The notes under the pieces are model-generated. The model was not told the origin of the DNA. It searched no databases and saw only the letters and a list, made by a program, of their open reading frames with translations. This document shows positions 59,099 through 64,000 of a stretch of 64,000 bases of DNA, piece by piece. Positions within the stretch are counted from its first letter, which is position 1; each line of letters begins with the position of its first letter. The stretch lies in assembly GCA_903860135.1 (NCBI GenBank), contig CAIOPG010000017.1, positions 139,364 to 203,363 on the forward strand, read 5' to 3'. This DNA is from Candidatus Omnitrophota bacterium (GTDB lineage: Bacteria > Omnitrophota > Gorgyraeia > Zapsychrales > Fredricksoniimonadaceae). The position numbers were made by a program, and so were the translations under genes.

Positions 59099-59905
59099 TT
59101 ATAATAAGCCCAAACGCTGGCCGACTTCCGTACGCAGCCCGTCGTGCCTGATCTGCCCCAGTACATCCTGGAGAAAGCCGCGTACCAGTAAATCCACCGC
59201 CGCCGCCCGCGCAATTCCGCGCGCCTGCAGATAAAAGATCTGCTCCTCATCGATCTGGCCGATGGCCGCGCCATGCGAACATTTAACATCATCAGCGAAG
59301 ATCTCAAGCTGGGGCCTAGCTTCGACCCGTCCGGCCGCGCCAACAATCATATTCTTGCTCAACTGATAGGCCCGCGTCAGCTGGGCGTCACGGCGCACCA
59401 GGATGCGGCCCAGAAACCCCGAACACGCCTGATCACGCACAATGCTTTTGTAAAGCTGGTTGCTCGTCGTTGAAGGTGCCGCATGATCCACATGCGTATG
59501 GCTGTCGGCCCGCTCGCTGCCAGAAAGATCATGCAAGCCGTTAATAAAAGCTTCGGCGCCCTCACCCGCCATCGTCACACTCAAATCATCGCTGACCATC
59601 CGCCCGCCGTGCGTGACATAAAAAGAACGCAAGACACTGTCTTTGGCCTGCGTCACCACCAAACGGCTGGCGCATGAGCCACCGGGCCCCGCCTCGACCA
59701 CACGCACAAGCTCAAGCTTCGCGCCCTCCTCGAGGATGACCTCAACCGATGAATCGGACAAAATGCCGGCAACAACAGCCTCTGCCCCTGCCTCGACATG
59801 GATCACGGCCGAAGCGCCATGATCGACCAGGCGCACCACGGCCATCGGCATCGATCGGCGGGAGATACGGAACATCTGCTGCTTGTCAGTGCTTTCAACT
59901 GTCAT
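59099..59905 (-). CDS. sufD: Fe-S assembly protein SufD (short)
   Basis: PQLEIFADDVKCSHGA..GQID..Q.FYL.ARGI. Confidence 0.9.
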   Translation of the reverse strand: MTVESTDKQQMFRISRRSMPMAVVRLVDHGASAVIHVEAGAEAVVAGILSDSSVEVILEEGAKLELVRVVEAGPGGSCASRLVVTQAKDSVLRSFYVTHGGRMVSDDLSVTMAGEGAEAFINGLHDLSGSERADSHTHVDHAAPSTTSNQLYKSIVRDQACSGFLGRILVRRDAQLTRAYQLSKNMIVGAAGRVEARPQLEIFADDVKCSHGAAIGQIDEEQIFYLQARGIARAAAVDLLVRGFLQDVLGQIRHDGLRTEVGQRLGLL

Positions 59906-59906
59906 A

Positions 59907-60659
<753 letters not shown>

Positions 60660-60688
60660 AAAACCCTTTCACCTGAAAAACAAGCCGC

Positions 60689-62143
60689 CTAACCGACGCT
60701 GTTCTCCAGTTTCATTTCAAGCAGCCTTACCGCTTCCACTGCGAATTCCAGCGGGAGGGTTCTAAAAACTTCCTTGCAAAACCCGTTAATCACCAGGGCT
60801 ACAGCTTCTTCCTTGTTCAACCCGCGGGACTGAAGGTAAAATATTTGTTCCGCGCTTATCCTCGACGTTGTGGCTTCATGCTCAACGGTGGCTGTATTAT
60901 TCTGGACCTGAATATCCGGGAACGTGTTGGCACTGCAATTGTTGCCAACCAGCATGGAATCGCACTGCGAAAAATTTCTGGCATGCGTCGCCCCGGGCAT
61001 GATCTTGACAAGCCCGCGGTAACTGTTGTGCGCCTGATCGGACGATATCCCTTTGGCGATGATCGTACTGCGCGTGTTCTTGCCGATATGGATCATCTTG
61101 GTGCCCGTGTCGGCATCCATGCGATTATTGGTGAGCGCCACCGAATAAAATTCACCGACCGAATCATCGCCCATCAGGATACAGCCGGGGTATTTCCAGG
61201 TGATCGCACTGCCGGCCTCAACCTGTGTCCACGCTATCTTCGACCGCACCCCCAGGCATTTACCGCGCTTGGTCACAAAGTTGTAAATGCCGCCCTTGCC
61301 ATTCTTGTCGCCGGCATACCAGTTCTGCACCGTCGAATATTTGATCTCGGCATCATCGAGCGCGATCAGCTCAACCACCGCCGCATGCAACTGGTTCTCA
61401 TCGCGCACCGGCGCGGTACAGCCCTCGAGGTAACTCACATAAGCCCCCTTGTCCGCAATGATAAGGGTGCGTTCAAACTGCCCGGTCCCCTTGGCATTGA
61501 TGCGAAAATATGTCGACAATTCTACAGGGCATCTCACCCCCGGCGGGATATAACAGAATGATCCATCCGTAAACACCGCCGCATTCAATGCCGCAAAGAA
61601 ATTGTCTCCGGCAGGGACGACACTCCCGAGATATTTTTCGATCAGGTCCGGGCGCGAGCGCACCGCCTCGGAGATCGGGCAGAAAATAATGCCCAGCTTC
61701 TCCAGGTCTTTCTGATGCGTTGTGCCGACAGAAACGCTATCGAAGACCGCATCCACCGCTACCCCGGCCAGCCGTTTTTGCTCGCCCAGAGGGATGCCAA
61801 GCTTTTCAAAAGTCTTCACAACCTCCTGATCCACTTCTTCCATGCTCGAAAGGCCGGCCTTCTTCTTCGGGGCAGAATAATAGCAAAGATCCTGATAATC
61901 GATCGGCGCATACTGAAAATTCGCCCAATGCGGCTCTTTCATCACCTGCCAGCGGCGATACGCCTCCAGACGACGGTTCAGCATGAACAGCGGTTCATTC
62001 TTTTTGGCGGAAATAAACGCAATGATGCCTTCATTCAGGCCTTTGGGTGCTGTGTCAGCATCGACATCCGTGATGAAGCCGTACTTGTAATCTCCGGCTC
62101 CCTTCACGTCAGCTGTTTCATCTTTAGTAGGGTGATCTGCCAT
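60689..62143 (-). CDS. sufB: Fe-S assembly scaffold SufB
   Basis: [42 protein letters not shown]. Confidence 0.97.
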   Translation of the reverse strand: MADHPTKDETADVKGAGDYKYGFITDVDADTAPKGLNEGIIAFISAKKNEPLFMLNRRLEAYRRWQVMKEPHWANFQYAPIDYQDLCYYSAPKKKAGLSSMEEVDQEVVKTFEKLGIPLGEQKRLAGVAVDAVFDSVSVGTTHQKDLEKLGIIFCPISEAVRSRPDLIEKYLGSVVPAGDNFFAALNAAVFTDGSFCYIPPGVRCPVELSTYFRINAKGTGQFERTLIIADKGAYVSYLEGCTAPVRDENQLHAAVVELIALDDAEIKYSTVQNWYAGDKNGKGGIYNFVTKRGKCLGVRSKIAWTQVEAGSAITWKYPGCILMGDDSVGEFYSVALTNNRMDADTGTKMIHIGKNTRSTIIAKGISSDQAHNSYRGLVKIMPGATHARNFSQCDSMLVGNNCSANTFPDIQVQNNTATVEHEATTSRISAEQIFYLQSRGLNKEEAVALVINGFCKEVFRTLPLEFAVEAVRLLEMKLENSVG

Positions 62144-62160
62144 AACGTCCAAAGCCTGGC

Positions 62161-62712
62161 TCAGGCCATCTCCACCACAATGTCCGGGCTGTACTGATCC
62201 TTAAGGATATTCTGAATCGCAAACAATGTGCCCATGGCCGCATGCGGGCAGCAACCGCAAGCGCCCTGATAACTGATCGTCAGGGTATTGGCCTCCAAAG
62301 AAACAACCTCAAGATCTCCCCCATCACGTTGCAAGGCGGGGCGGATCGTTGAATCAAGGATGGCATTGATCCGCGCCAATTCACCCGACAGGGGAACACC
62401 ACCGCCGGCTTTGTTGACAGTAACATCGAAATCGGGGTTGTGCGACGGGATATTCTTCAGGATCACAGCCTTGACCTCTCGCTCCAGCTGATCCCAGTCC
62501 GACGCTCCTGCGCGGGTCACCGTAATGAACTTGCCTGAGAAATACAATTCCGAAACCCCCTCCAACGCCAGCAAACCAGCGGCCAGCGGTACTGCCGCCG
62601 CATCTGCCGGCGAACGAAAAATAGCACTATCGGTCATTTTAACCGGGACGCTCAGAACGAACTTCAACGCATCCGGATTCGGTGTCGGCTGGACAGTTAC
62701 AGCATATCCCAT
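62161..62712 (-). CDS. Nfu/NifU-like Fe-S carrier (Nfu_N + NifU C-terminal domain)
   Basis: [28 protein letters not shown]. Confidence 0.9.
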   Translation of the reverse strand: MGYAVTVQPTPNPDALKFVLSVPVKMTDSAIFRSPADAAAVPLAAGLLALEGVSELYFSGKFITVTRAGASDWDQLEREVKAVILKNIPSHNPDFDVTVNKAGGGVPLSGELARINAILDSTIRPALQRDGGDLEVVSLEANTLTISYQGACGCCPHAAMGTLFAIQNILKDQYSPDIVVEMA

Positions 62713-62771
62713 ATCATCTCCTTAAATTATCAATCATTGAACAAGTATCATACCGCCGGAAACAGGTGGCG

Positions 62772-63968
62772 TCAAACAACGAATTCACGGCACACATACG
62801 CGGCAAACGGGAAGGCGCACGTGAACGCGGGCGAAACAGCGTTCAGGATATGGACCGAAATCTTATCCGCTTCGACCACAAAATCCTGCACCAAAGCCCG
62901 TCGGTGCCGATCGAGCAACTGGGCACGGATCCCGGGGCGCGTGAATTCTCCAAAACCATTGGGATCGATCGCAGGGATCAACTTCTGCGCCAGGCTGATA
63001 AAATACTTCCGTTCATACTTGCGCATTTCTTCAATGGCCAGGTCGCGAAACCCGAAATTGTTCCCCATAAAGAGTCGGGCCTCTTCGCACAGGATCTCGG
63101 CCATCTCGCCAGGATGGAACCGGTGCGTCAGGGCATAATTCTCTCGCCAGAAAGCCGGTATTGCTGTCGGCCCTATCTTGATCGTTCCGTCGACAGTTTT
63201 TGTAAAATGCACCCCCAGGAACGGGTTCTTCAAGTTCGGAACCGGATATACATTCATATGGACATCCGTCTTGTTCCTGGCGTATTTCAGATAAAGCCCC
63301 TTGAAAGGGATCATCGTATAGGCCTGGCCCAATCCATAATCATGCGCCACCCGGTCGGCATAAAGTCCGGCACAATTAATGATTTTCTTCCCGGCATACT
63401 CACCTTGATTCGTCATGACCGTCATCCCGCTGTGGCGCAGGAAACGTGCTTCAAACACAAATTCAACACCCGCGTTCATCAGGTCATCCTTGAGCGCGAC
63501 AAGGATATCCAGCGGATCAACACTCGCCGTGTCCGGCGAATAAAGCGCTTTCTTGTGCGTGAATATCCCCGGTTCATGCACGCGCGCCTCGGCGGCATCA
63601 ATCAGCGACACATTCGACCCGTTGCGCTGACCCCGCCGCTCCAGCTCTTGCAGTAAGGCAAGCTCCGCCGCATCCATGGCCACGACCAGCTTGCCGCAGA
63701 CGTTAACAGGGATTTTCTTGGCCTGGCAATAATCCTTGATAGCCCTTGCCCCCTGCACCGTAAAGCGCGCCTTCAGGCTGTCGGCTGTATAATAAAAACC
63801 GGCATGAAGGACGCCGCTATTTCGCCCGGAAGAATGTGCGCCGACATCCTCTTCCTTGTCGAGGATCAGGATGGAAGCCCCCGGCTGTGACTGCCGCAAT
63901 GCCCGCGCGATAGAAAGCCCCATGACCCCCGCGCCGATAATGATATAATTAAAAACTTTGGCTGGCAT
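62772..63968 (-). CDS. lhgO: L-2-hydroxyglutarate oxidase-like FAD oxidoreductase
   Basis: IIGAGVMG, SGRNSGVLHAG, NCAGLYAD, FLGVHFT, GIRAQ, NAVSPAFT. Confidence 0.85.
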   Translation of the reverse strand: MPAKVFNYIIIGAGVMGLSIARALRQSQPGASILILDKEEDVGAHSSGRNSGVLHAGFYYTADSLKARFTVQGARAIKDYCQAKKIPVNVCGKLVVAMDAAELALLQELERRGQRNGSNVSLIDAAEARVHEPGIFTHKKALYSPDTASVDPLDILVALKDDLMNAGVEFVFEARFLRHSGMTVMTNQGEYAGKKIINCAGLYADRVAHDYGLGQAYTMIPFKGLYLKYARNKTDVHMNVYPVPNLKNPFLGVHFTKTVDGTIKIGPTAIPAFWRENYALTHRFHPGEMAEILCEEARLFMGNNFGFRDLAIEEMRKYERKYFISLAQKLIPAIDPNGFGEFTRPGIRAQLLDRHRRALVQDFVVEADKISVHILNAVSPAFTCAFPFAAYVCREFVV

Positions 63969-64000
63969 ATATTGCTTTTGTCCTTTATCCGTTTATAATA

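Noticed and set aside
62682-63656. 324-aa plus-strand ORF (likewise 5942-6865, 54155-55033 and other overlapping track ORFs)
   Set aside because: Antisense or alternative-frame shadows of well-supported genes.

Overview
Bacterial chromosomal window, mostly on the minus strand and gene-dense. Gene style suggests a PVC-group organism such as Ca. Omnitrophota, but that is inference only. Housekeeping blocks are: the dcw cluster (mraZ to murG, cut by the window edge), rbfA-nrnA-truB-ribF, serS, ilvBN, ssb, sodA, xseAB/xth, nhaB-exbBD-hppA-pntAB and a nfu-sufBCDSU cluster. The standout is a family of four large paralogous genes in two tandem pairs (17019-24254 and 51497-57306). Each has a signal peptide, a conserved ~330-aa N-terminal domain ending PRKY(F/V)(S/A)GGV, and a conserved ~50-aa C-terminal GGID...G-x-x-P-x-(I/L)-x-x-(I/M)-x-P tail. 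Between these sits a different AT-rich enzyme cargo in each gene (GH13 amylase, GH77 amylomaltase, GT9-like glycosyltransferase, HAD hydrolase), i.e. a candidate modular 'chassis + swappable cargo' secreted effector system. Other notable items: an (AG)18 phase-variation tract in the signal peptide of a DUF1566-like lectin gene, an ~84-bp imperfect direct repeat bracketing 12.9-17.0 kb, a crippled AbiE toxin-antitoxin pair, REP-like palindromes inserted in frame at the same linker of two paralogs, and two small genes missed by the ORF track (a 26-aa histone-H1-like peptide and a 57-aa CxxC-x17-CxxC protein). No rRNA, tRNA, CRISPR array or transposase was seen.
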